64,000 nt of DNA from Acidimicrobiales bacterium (GTDB lineage: Bacteria; Actinomycetota; Acidimicrobiia; Acidimicrobiales; Bog-793). Under the pieces are notes generated by a model. It was given only the letters and a program-made list of their open reading frames with translations, was not told the origin of the DNA and searched no databases. A program made the position numbers and the translations under genes. This document shows positions 56,295 through 64,000 of the stretch, one piece after another. The stretch is from contig JBKQHU010000017.1 in assembly GCA_052148655.1 (NCBI GenBank), positions 5,614 to 69,613 on the forward strand, in the 5' to 3' direction. Position 1 is the first letter of the stretch; each line of letters starts with the position of its first letter.

Positions 56295-57875
56295 TCATCC
56301 GGACGCACAGGCCCTCGGATCGTAGGAAGGAAGAGGTTGGATCGCTGGGCTCGGCGGGCCGAGAGTGCTCGCCGAGGTCAGCTCGACCTTCGCTGACATC
56401 AGCTCCACCGCGGTGGTCGCGGTCGGATCCACAGCGGCTGCCGTCGTGCCCTGCGCGGAACCGTGGTTGTCCTGCACGGAATAGTCCGAGCCCGTGACCA
56501 CGGTGACATCTGCGCCGGCGTCGGTCGGTCCCTCGGCCATGGCGACGATTCCCTGGAGATCCTCGACGACCCGATCGGCATCGAGCAAGTGTCCCTTCGC
56601 GTAGTAGACGACCGTCTCCGAAATCGGGCCGACCGATGTAGCACTTCCGGTGCCCACGACGTGGAACCCGAGCGATGTGAGCTGATCGGCGGTGGTCGTG
56701 GCCTGACCTGCGATTCCTGACCCGTTCTTCACAGAGACCGTGAACGAGGCGGGCGCGACCGCCGAGCCCGGTGGAGTCTTCAACCCGAGGAATTCGTCGA
56801 TCGCCTGCTGGTCCTGCGGGTAGGTCGGCAGCACGACCGACCCATTATCGTAGCCCTGGTACATGTAGTCCGCGAAGTTCTCTATGTTCGGCATCGTCAG
56901 CTCGGGAACTGTGACGATATTGGTTGAACGGAAGGCCCTCAGGAGATCGACCATGTCGCCAAGCGACAAGCTCGAGTCGATCTCGAGGTCCGGGGCGACA
57001 GCACCGAGAAGCGAGTCGTCGGTAAGCGGGTTCGAAAGGCCGTGGCTCGCAACTGCGGTGGCCAGCACACGAAGGAACTCGTGCACCCGGATGATGCGCC
57101 CGAGGTCGCCGCTGCCATCGTCCATCCACTGACCATCTTTGAAATACCAGTAGTTGCGCGCCCTGACCAAGGCGAGAGCGTCGAAACCGTTCAGGTACAC
57201 GCAACCAGTCCTTCGGATGTGGAGCCCGCTGCTGTCGTCGCGAACCCGGTAGGGGAAGTACATCTTGATCCCGGCGAGGGCGTTCACGATGTTTTGGAAG
57301 CTGTCGAAGTTGAGTTCGACAAAGTGGTTTATCGGGATCCCGAAGTTCTGCTCGATGGCGGCGACGAGCTGGCCGGGACCATCAGCGAGGGCGGCATCGA
57401 TCTTGAAGAACTGCCCGGGGCGGACGTTGTTCATGACGAGGTCTCGGGGGATGGAAAGGATGGACACGGAGTGAGCCCGCTGGTCGGCACGCAATAGCAA
57501 GATCACGTCCGAGTTGACGCCGGTAATACCCTGCGCGCAACTCCCGAAGGCGGAAGTCTGTTTGTTGTTCAGCACACACCGCGATGTCGAGCCGATGAGG
57601 AGGAACGTCTGGGTGCCGACATCAGGACCCGAGGTCGCCTGCGGGGTGAGCTGAGGCACCGTCACCTTGTGGACCTGGTGGAGCCGGAACGCCACGAAGG
57701 CGATCTCGGCCCCGGCAAGAGCGACGACGACCACCAGGAGTGCCACCGATATCCTGAGGAGATTGCGGAGCCAACGCGGTCGGCGCGACTTGCTTGCACG
57801 GCGACCGAACCGCCGTCTAGTGGAGGACAGGTCAGGGCCCGGCAACCCGGCGCCAGCTGGAACATCGGACATCAA
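56295..57875 (-). CDS. LytR-CpsA-Psr (LCP) family cell-wall glycopolymer ligase with a LytR_C domain
   Basis: 526 aa with an N-terminal TM anchor. The LCP core is NSDVILLLRADQRAHSVSILSIPRDL...NFDSFQNIVNALAGI...LALVRAR. The C-terminal LytR_C-like segment is FTVSVKNGSGIAGQATTTADQLTSLGFHV. Confidence 0.85.
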   Translation of the reverse strand: MMSDVPAGAGLPGPDLSSTRRRFGRRASKSRRPRWLRNLLRISVALLVVVVALAGAEIAFVAFRLHQVHKVTVPQLTPQATSGPDVGTQTFLLIGSTSRCVLNNKQTSAFGSCAQGITGVNSDVILLLRADQRAHSVSILSIPRDLVMNNVRPGQFFKIDAALADGPGQLVAAIEQNFGIPINHFVELNFDSFQNIVNALAGIKMYFPYRVRDDSSGLHIRRTGCVYLNGFDALALVRARNYWYFKDGQWMDDGSGDLGRIIRVHEFLRVLATAVASHGLSNPLTDDSLLGAVAPDLEIDSSLSLGDMVDLLRAFRSTNIVTVPELTMPNIENFADYMYQGYDNGSVVLPTYPQDQQAIDEFLGLKTPPGSAVAPASFTVSVKNGSGIAGQATTTADQLTSLGFHVVGTGSATSVGPISETVVYYAKGHLLDADRVVEDLQGIVAMAEGPTDAGADVTVVTGSDYSVQDNHGSAQGTTAAAVDPTATTAVELMSAKVELTSASTLGPPSPAIQPLPSYDPRACASG

Positions 57876-58033
57876 GGGCAGATTACGGACGCTCCCTTAA
57901 GATTTCGTGAAGCCGGAAGCCAGTCGTTCGGCTTTGCTCGGCCGGCCTTGTCACGAGCCGGGACGCAACGCTGCGGCGGGTCCAGTTTCTCGACTATCCA
58001 GAGCCGAGCTCCTGTCAGATATAACGGAGCGTC

Positions 58034-58702
58034 ATGAGGATCCTCCTGGCCGAGGACGACGAAGCTCTCCGATCCGTGCTGGAACGGGGACTGAAGAAAG
58101 CCGGCTACGTCGTCGATGGCGTCGCCGACGGATCGGACGCGCTCGCCTACCTCCGGTCCTATGAGTACGAGGTCGCCATCCTCGACTGGCGCATGCCGGT
58201 CGTGAGCGGGATCGATGTCCTTCGGTCCCTACGCCGTTCTGGCGTCCGTGTACCGGTCCTGATGCTCACGGCCCGTGATATGCCCGCCGATCGGGTGCTC
58301 GGCCTCGACGAAGGCGCCGATGACTACATGGTGAAGCCGTTTGACTTCCCCGAGCTTCTTGCACGACTGCGGGCACTGCAGCGCAGACCTTCGGACGCGC
58401 ACCCACCTCAGTTGTCGGTGGGAGACCTTGTCTACGAACCGGCCACGCGAACCATTAAGGCATCAGGGAACGTGGTCGGCCTCACACAGATCGAACTCGG
58501 CATCCTCGAGCTCCTGCTGCAACGCTCTCCTGGCGTCGTGTCCAGGCGCTCGATAGCCCTACAGGTTTGGCAGTACGAGGCGGACGCGGTTGGCTCCAAC
58601 ACGATCGACGTCCACGTTGCCCACCTCCGGTCGAAGCTCTCCGGCGCCCGGGTGCGAATTGATACCAACCGCGGCGTCGGCTATCGCCTCGTGCCCGCAT
58701 GA
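58034..58702 (+). CDS. OmpR-family two-component response regulator
   Basis: 222 aa. The receiver domain reads MRILLAEDDEAL...ILDWRMP...DDYMVKPF. The winged-helix region reads NTIDVHVAHLRSKL. Confidence 0.9.
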   Translation: MRILLAEDDEALRSVLERGLKKAGYVVDGVADGSDALAYLRSYEYEVAILDWRMPVVSGIDVLRSLRRSGVRVPVLMLTARDMPADRVLGLDEGADDYMVKPFDFPELLARLRALQRRPSDAHPPQLSVGDLVYEPATRTIKASGNVVGLTQIELGILELLLQRSPGVVSRRSIALQVWQYEADAVGSNTIDVHVAHLRSKLSGARVRIDTNRGVGYRLVPA

Positions 58703-59949
58703 GGCTACGACGACGAGCGGCCGTCAATGACCATCTCGCGCCCTCACTCAAGGTGGCCTTGGCGGCCACGTTGATCGTGATCGTCGTGTACGCGGGAGCG
58801 GTCGCGATTCTCGATGTCTTGGTGGCACACCGCCTCGTTGCCCAGGTCGATCGCCAGCTGAACAGTCGCCTTGCGGCGGCCCGGCACCGGTCACCCGCGC
58901 TTGCCACCGAGGAGCCTGACTCGCCGGGAGGCGGCATCCAATACGGGCTCGGAATCTACGGCGAGCCGATCTACGTCTGGGAAATTCGCCCTGAGAGTCG
59001 CTTCGCCCAGAAAGACGCCGCGTCGCCACCGTTGCCGCCATTGTCCTGGCCCAGTGCGCGTGCCGGATCGATCACCAGGAACATCGCGGGTACCGACTAC
59101 CGCCTCTTGTCGGTTCGCTACAGGGGCGGCCTCCTTGTTGCCGGTGAGAGCCTGACCGAGCTGGCCCACGTCGAAAGCGTCCTCGTCAATTCGGAACTCG
59201 TCGCCGCGCCAGTGCTTCTCCTCGCGATCTTCTTGGCGTCGCTGCTCATCGGCCTCCGTTCGGCAAAGCCCATCGAGCTTGCTCATCGCCGTCAGCTGGA
59301 GTTCACGGCCGACGCCTCCCACGAGTTGCGGACACCCTTGAGTGTGATCGAAGCCGAGTTGTCACTGGCTCAGAGTTTCGAGGGCGATCCGGAGCCTTCG
59401 ACGATGGACCGAATAGCGCGGGAAAGCGAGCGTTTGAAGCGGATCGTCGAGGACATGTTGTGGTTGGCCCGCTTTGACGCCGCCCCGCCACCCCCCGCTT
59501 CAGGTGCGACTGATGTCGCAAGAATCGCTGAGGAATGTATCGAGCGCTTCCAGGCTCTCGCCGTTAAGGGATCACTGGATCTGCAGCTGGAACGGGCTGG
59601 AACGAGTCCCGCCATGATCACCGCACCGACAGAGTGGATCGACCGTCTCGCGGCCGTGCTCGTGGACAACGCCTGCAAGTACGCGGGCGAGGGCGGCTCG
59701 GTGCGCATCGAAGTAGGTCGGATCGGTCCCCGGGTCGTGTTCGCGGTCGAAGACACCGGTCCCGGCATTCCGCTCGCGGAACGTGAGCGCTTGTTCGATC
59801 GGTTCCGGCGCGGCGCCAATCAGGCTGGTGGTCACGGGCTGGGACTCGCGATCGCCGATTCAGTTGTTCGCTCCACCGGAGGCCGATGGCGAGTTGAGAC
59901 GAGTACCAGATTCGGCGGACTTCGCATGGAGGTTTCCTGGCCGGGCTAG
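58699..59949 (+). CDS. Two-component sensor histidine kinase
   Basis: 416 aa with two TM helices. The H-box is FTADASHELRTPLSVI. N, G1 and G2 boxes are LVDNACKYA, VEDTGPGIP and GGHGLGLAI. It has a 4-nt overlap with the response regulator gene. Confidence 0.9.
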   Translation: MRLRRRAAVNDHLAPSLKVALAATLIVIVVYAGAVAILDVLVAHRLVAQVDRQLNSRLAAARHRSPALATEEPDSPGGGIQYGLGIYGEPIYVWEIRPESRFAQKDAASPPLPPLSWPSARAGSITRNIAGTDYRLLSVRYRGGLLVAGESLTELAHVESVLVNSELVAAPVLLLAIFLASLLIGLRSAKPIELAHRRQLEFTADASHELRTPLSVIEAELSLAQSFEGDPEPSTMDRIARESERLKRIVEDMLWLARFDAAPPPPASGATDVARIAEECIERFQALAVKGSLDLQLERAGTSPAMITAPTEWIDRLAAVLVDNACKYAGEGGSVRIEVGRIGPRVVFAVEDTGPGIPLAERERLFDRFRRGANQAGGHGLGLAIADSVVRSTGGRWRVETSTRFGGLRMEVSWPG

Positions 59950-60435
59950 CATGATCCAAAAGCGCTGGTCGTCGTTTCCGGGCGGCGGTCCCTCGTGAAT
60001 ACTCCTGCCCAAGCCACCTCCGCAAGCCTGGCCGCGTCGGCACATGCGCCGTGCGATTCCCCGCCGAACTCCGTAGGGGACGCCGGCTACCAACCGGCTA
60101 CCTCGGCACTCTCGGCGATCTGCAAGACCGTGAGGCGACAGGGAACCGGGCAGCCGAAGCGGCGGCCGAAGCATAAGGCCAGAAATCCCCAGACTCTCTG
60201 ATGATCTCAAGTGAGCGCCACAACAGCGCCAGCACTGTCTGGTCCGTACGCCGCGCCCTGGCGAGGGCCTGTGCTCACCGTCGCTTCCGTCGACGATTCC
60301 TGCCGTGAGCGGCTATGGCGGCGCTGAAAACGGATTGGGCTGCACCCGACACCGGTCTTGAGCTGAGTCCCAGTCCATGCAGGCGAACCACCAACCACCC
60401 TGCCCCGATTCCTGGTTCGGTGTGATCATTGCCCG

Positions 60436-61011
60436 ATGAGAGACGAGGTCTATTACAAGGAGCGCCTTGCCGCTGAGCGGCTACAGCAGTGCTATCAGCT
60501 GGCGACGCCACGGGTGAAGCAGTACCTTCGCGCTGAAGTCGAGTTCGTGGTGGCGAGGTTGCGCCGTGATGACATCGTACCGGACCTCGGCTGCGGCTAT
60601 GGGCGGACGACGCCTGCGTTCGCCCGCTTCGCGCGTTTGACCGTCGGCACGGACAATTCTCTGGCCAGCCTTCGACTGGCCCGACTGCAACTTGGTGACG
60701 CTAACAACCGCCGCCTTGTGTGCGCCGACGCGAGGCGCCTCGCGTTCGCGTCCGCGTCCTTCGACCGCGTCGTCCGCATCCAGAACGGGATCTCTGCTTT
60801 CCACGTCGACCGGCGCGTGCTGGTCCGGGACGTCGTCCTCGGAGAGATTGACCGGACCGCCACTCGCGATGGGGTAATCGTGTGCAAGGACGGCTTCACT
60901 GCGGGGACCGTGCACGAGGACGAGTTCCGCACCCTTGTCGCCCACCTCGACGTGGAGCTCCAGTCCTTTGAAGTCGACAACTCCAGCGTCTTCTTCTTGC
61001 TACGCGTGTGA
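60436..61011 (+). CDS. Class I SAM-dependent methyltransferase-like protein
   Basis: 191 aa with motif I (VPDLGCGYGR) and post-I/II regions (VGTDNSLASL, ASASFDRVV). It is shorter than usual, so function is uncertain. Confidence 0.55.
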   Translation: MRDEVYYKERLAAERLQQCYQLATPRVKQYLRAEVEFVVARLRRDDIVPDLGCGYGRTTPAFARFARLTVGTDNSLASLRLARLQLGDANNRRLVCADARRLAFASASFDRVVRIQNGISAFHVDRRVLVRDVVLGEIDRTATRDGVIVCKDGFTAGTVHEDEFRTLVAHLDVELQSFEVDNSSVFFLLRV

Positions 61012-61195
61012 CGCCCCATGGAGCGATGCCGCGCCCGCCGAGGGGATCAGCCGGGCTTCGCCCCTGCCCACCTCCTTGGCAGGCGCGATACGCTACCCAC
61101 CATGAGCCGTCATTCTTGGACCAAAATAGGGCGCCTAGCCCGCCTTTATTTCAATATAAACGTGACTTTGGAAAGAGCTATTGAGGTGCTCCCTG

Positions 61196-62086
61196 ATGCC
61201 TAAGCCAATACTAGTTGACTCCCACGTCCACCTGTATTCTGCGGACGAGGACAGGTACAGACCGAGTGCCGGATGCCTTCGACCTCCAAGTGGCACTGGG
61301 TCTCTAGAACGCCTGCGCCACCTTTGCCGTAAGACTGGAGTCTCACGAGTATGTGCGATTCAGACGGCGACTTTCTACGGCTTTGACAACCGCTATGTAT
61401 GCGATGTCAGCAAGGCGAACCCCGACTGGATCGCGGGTATTTGCATGATTGACCCCGAGAACCCCGACGGTCCCCAGCTGTTGAAGGAACTTGTTCTCGA
61501 ACATGGGGTACGCGGCCTGAGAAGCCGACCATCGGCCGACGGACAATTGGACCGTGCCTCGGTCAGACGACTTTGGGCTGCCGCGGCAGACCTGGGTATC
61601 GTTGTGAACATCTTGGCAAGCCGGGAGAACGCGGATGGCGTGGATAATCTGTTGCGGGAGTTTCCGACAGTACCAGCCGTGCTCGAGCATTCGCTTTGTC
61701 TGAACTTAAGCACAGATCGCGTTGCGACCCTTAGAGAACTAGCCAGGTTGAGCAGACATGAAAATGTAAATGTCGAGCTGTGTGACTTGCCTGTGCTGAG
61801 TTGTGAGCGCTATCCATTTCCTGATATGCACAACACATATCTGAAGATAATCGATATGTATGGTCCAGAGCGATCCTTATGGGGAAGCTGCTTTCCACTC
61901 GAATTGTGGATGCCAGAGATCACGTATGGCGAACATCAGAGAATTTTTCAACAGGAGATCGCAATAGACGCGCAGGCACGCGCGGCGATCCTTGGCGAAA
62001 CGGCCAACCGCCTGTGGTTCCGAGGGATCAAAGAGCAGAGCAGTGGTATCGGCCAGGAAGATGGTGACGTTAGCCGAAGTGATTGA
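61196..62086 (+). CDS. Amidohydrolase_2 (LigI/ACMSD-like metal-dependent hydrolase) family protein in a low-G+C patch
   Basis: ORF 61181..62086 with the ATG at 61196. MPKPILVDSHVHLY carries the HxH metal motif, followed by VLEHS, WGSCFP and a C-terminal ANRLW. Codon usage is visibly AT-richer than the neighbouring genes. Confidence 0.7.
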   Translation: MPKPILVDSHVHLYSADEDRYRPSAGCLRPPSGTGSLERLRHLCRKTGVSRVCAIQTATFYGFDNRYVCDVSKANPDWIAGICMIDPENPDGPQLLKELVLEHGVRGLRSRPSADGQLDRASVRRLWAAAADLGIVVNILASRENADGVDNLLREFPTVPAVLEHSLCLNLSTDRVATLRELARLSRHENVNVELCDLPVLSCERYPFPDMHNTYLKIIDMYGPERSLWGSCFPLELWMPEITYGEHQRIFQQEIAIDAQARAAILGETANRLWFRGIKEQSSGIGQEDGDVSRSD

Positions 62087-62276
62087 CTTGCATTCTTGGA
62101 GCCCGGCGGCGCTGTGATCGGCGCGCTCGAGCAGAGGAGGTTCGTGGCGGCGATGGGACAAGTCCGATGATCTGGCCCCTCCGTCCGGTCTCGACCTGAG
62201 ATGTCACTGGCGCGTTCGACCACCGACCGCACCGCGGACAGGTGGCTCAGTCGGTATGAGCGTCCACCTGAAAGCG

Positions 62277-62298
62277 GAGGGTCGCCAGATCGACCCTC
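62277..62298 (-). terminator. Hairpin GAGGGTCG-6 nt-CGACCCTC downstream of pstB
   Basis: Read directly: an 8-bp perfect stem, 13 nt after the pstB stop on the minus strand, followed by CGCUUUC. Confidence 0.45.
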
Positions 62299-62311
62299 TC
62301 CTGCCCACGCG

Positions 62312-63157
62312 TCAGCCGAAGCGGCCGTGCACGTAGTCCGCGGTGCGCTCGTCCCGGGGGCTGTTGAAGATCTGCTGGGTCGGCCCCTGCTCCACGATGA
62401 CGCCGGGCGTCCCCTGTGCGGCGAGGAAGAACGCGCAGTGATGCGAGACGCGGGCAGCCTGCTGCATGTTGTGAGTCACGATGACGATGGTCACCTCGGA
62501 GACAAGTTCGGCGATGGTCTCCTCGATCCGGTTCGTGGACGTGGGATCAAGCGCCGAGCACGGTTCGTCCATCAAGAGCACCCGCGGTCGGATCGCCAAC
62601 GAGCGGGCGATGCACAGCCGCTGCTGCTGACCGCCGGACAGCGCTCCGCCGGCTTGCCGCAGCCGGTCCCTCACCTCGGCCCACAGCCCCGCTTTCACCA
62701 AGCACTCCTCAACCAGCTGGTCTTTGGCCGCCGTGCTGAACTTGGTGCCGGTGAGTCGCAGCCCGGCGACCACGTTGTCGTAGATGGACATGGCGGGGAA
62801 CGGGTTCGGCTTCTGGAACACCATGCCGATCTTCCGGCGCGCCTCGGTCACCCGGCGCTCGGGTGCGTACACGTCTTCGCCGTCGAGCAGGACCTCGCCG
62901 GCCAGGCTCGCGCCCGGTATCAGCTCGTGCATCCGATTGAGGATCCGCAGGAAGGTGGACTTGCCGCAACCGGACGGTCCGATTAACGACGTCACCCGGC
63001 CGGCCGCCATCGTGAGCGAGACGCGCTCGAGGACCTTGTGCTCACGGAACCAAGCCGAGACGGCCCGTGCTTCGAGCATCGAGGTCGCACCGGTGCCAAC
63101 CATTTCCGGCGCGGGCGCGACCTGCAGGTCTGCGATATTGCTCATTTCACCCCTCAC
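62312..63157 (-). CDS. pstB: Phosphate ABC transporter ATP-binding protein
   Basis: LIGPSGCGKSTFLRILNRM, GMVFQKPNPFP.MSIYDNV, LSGGQQQRLCIARSLA, LLMDEPCSALDP, VTHNMQQAARVS and a C-terminal DYVHGRFG are diagnostic PstB motifs. The start is either the GTG at 63157 (overlapping the upstream stop as GTGA) or the ATG at 63145. Confidence 0.93.
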   Translation of the reverse strand: MRGEMSNIADLQVAPAPEMVGTGATSMLEARAVSAWFREHKVLERVSLTMAAGRVTSLIGPSGCGKSTFLRILNRMHELIPGASLAGEVLLDGEDVYAPERRVTEARRKIGMVFQKPNPFPAMSIYDNVVAGLRLTGTKFSTAAKDQLVEECLVKAGLWAEVRDRLRQAGGALSGGQQQRLCIARSLAIRPRVLLMDEPCSALDPTSTNRIEETIAELVSEVTIVIVTHNMQQAARVSHHCAFFLAAQGTPGVIVEQGPTQQIFNSPRDERTADYVHGRFG

Positions 63158-63987
63158 GTCAGGTTGGGCAGCAGCCGGGCTGCTTCATTCCCCAGCTCCA
63201 GCCCGATCACGAGAATCACCGGAACGGCCGCCACCCACAGTTGCGGGCCGGCCCACCTCTTGCGCAACCAGGTGATCAGGAGGGCCGCCAACAGCAGCAG
63301 TGCGCCCCATAGCAACACGAAGTCCCAGGCCGAGTTGTCCGTCGCCAGGAGCTTCTCAGTTGGCGCCAACTTGGCCGCCGGCACGACCGGGCCAACCGGC
63401 CGACCGGCCGACACCGTATCGGCGTCCACCCACAGCGCTGTCGAAGGCTGCCAGAGCGATCCCCGGGCGGTGACCAAGACGAGCCGGCCGCGGCCGGCTG
63501 CCGGCCCGGCCGGTACCCGGTCGCCCGCCAGGCGCACGTCGACGACTCGGAACTGGGTCGTGCCCTGGCCAGTGGTGACGGAGATCATGTCCCTCGGCCG
63601 TAACTGGCCGAGACCACCGAACGGGCCGCCGAACGTCCATCTCCGGCCGAAGACCACACTGGTTCCGACCTGCCCGGGAAGGACCGTGTCCCGCTCCAGC
63701 CCGGGGCCCTCGATCAACACCCCGGGCGTCGTCCCGTCGCGGACGAGAGCGTGCACGTGCAACGCCGGAATTGAAAGCAGCGCCATCGGCGCCCCTACCA
63801 CGACCGGCCGGTCGTCGTAGTCGAGCTGTCCGACCGGTGCCTCGGCGAGAGCCAGCTGCGACCGGAACTCGGCATACCCGTCCGTCTGCGCCCGCCGGAA
63901 GTACAGACCGCCCACCACGGTGATGCAGAGCACGAACCCGAGCGCCAGCCCCAACAGGATCAGCAGCGACTTGCCGACGAGTGCCAA
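63154..63987 (-). CDS. Sortase-fold membrane protein lacking the catalytic His/Cys/Arg (pseudo-sortase)
   Basis: 277 aa. LSIPALHVHALVRDGTTPGVLIEGPGLERDTVLPGQVGTSVVFGRRWTFGGPFGGLGQLRPRDMISVTT...RLVLVTARGS aligns by eye with class E sortase blocks (IP..gv...V.eG......GpGH...t..PG..GN...AGHR.T.G.PF..L..L.PGD...V.T...LTLTTC). His is replaced by Arg and Cys by Ala. It has one N-terminal and two C-terminal TM helices. The frame stays open upstream to the window edge, so the 5' end may lie beyond 64000. Confidence 0.6.
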   Translation of the reverse strand: MALVGKSLLILLGLALGFVLCITVVGGLYFRRAQTDGYAEFRSQLALAEAPVGQLDYDDRPVVVGAPMALLSIPALHVHALVRDGTTPGVLIEGPGLERDTVLPGQVGTSVVFGRRWTFGGPFGGLGQLRPRDMISVTTGQGTTQFRVVDVRLAGDRVPAGPAAGRGRLVLVTARGSLWQPSTALWVDADTVSAGRPVGPVVPAAKLAPTEKLLATDNSAWDFVLLWGALLLLAALLITWLRKRWAGPQLWVAAVPVILVIGLELGNEAARLLPNLT

Positions 63988-64000
63988 CGAAGTGCTTCGT

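Noticed and set aside
60200-62173. An 8-bp direct repeat, GATGATCT, at 60200-60207 and 62166-62173 as possible insertion-site duplications flanking the low-G+C patch.
   Set aside because: Eight base pairs are expected by chance in this span. No integrase, transposase or inverted terminal repeats accompany them.
1-64000. CRISPR arrays, IS elements or transposases, integrases, prophage genes, toxin-antitoxin pairs or known defence-system genes.
   Set aside because: None of the translated ORFs shows the corresponding motifs (DDE/HUH transposase, tyrosine or serine recombinase, Cas, restriction-modification enzymes, nucleases with ATPase partners). The only tandem repeats I noticed are the short in-frame coding repeats listed above.

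Overview
High-G+C (by eye about 65-70%) chromosomal segment that looks actinobacterial; I cannot assign a genus. It is densely coding, with about 45 protein genes and many 1-4 nt start/stop overlaps that mark operons.

Content is mostly housekeeping, transport and cell-envelope functions:
- Transport: a BMP-family nucleoside-type ABC importer (SBP, double ATPase, two permeases) divergent from an NCS1 nucleobase permease, a DHA2-type MFS transporter, and a gdhA-APC permease operon.
- Envelope: three GT-C-like integral membrane proteins (a divergent pair including a YfhO-type protein, plus a GT39/ArnT-like one), an HtrA-type protease, a secreted beta-helix protein, an LCP ligase and an OmpR/HK two-component pair.
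- Redox and metabolism: an aldehyde dehydrogenase, a fused 2Fe-2S/molybdopterin oxidoreductase, a glutaredoxin-thioredoxin reductase fusion, two universal stress proteins and a PAS-GGDEF-EAL protein.
- Right edge: pstB next to a sortase-like protein.

I found no rRNA, tRNA, CRISPR array, transposase or integrase.

The points most worth a second look:
1. A decayed AmmeMemoRadiSam locus. The radical SAM gene has lost its CX3CX2C region and is frameshifted, Memo is intact, and no AMMECR1 partner is present.
2. A sortase-fold protein with the catalytic His, Cys and Arg all substituted, translationally coupled to a stand-alone pstB.
3. A frameshifted LLM/F420-type oxidoreductase.
4. A roughly 1 kb low-G+C patch carrying an amidohydrolase gene.
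5. Several orphan transporter parts and long untranslated intergenic regions with palindromes or hairpins.

None of this amounts to a clearly new multi-gene system that I can demonstrate from sequence alone. All functional calls rest on my recognition of motifs in the translations, not on database searches.
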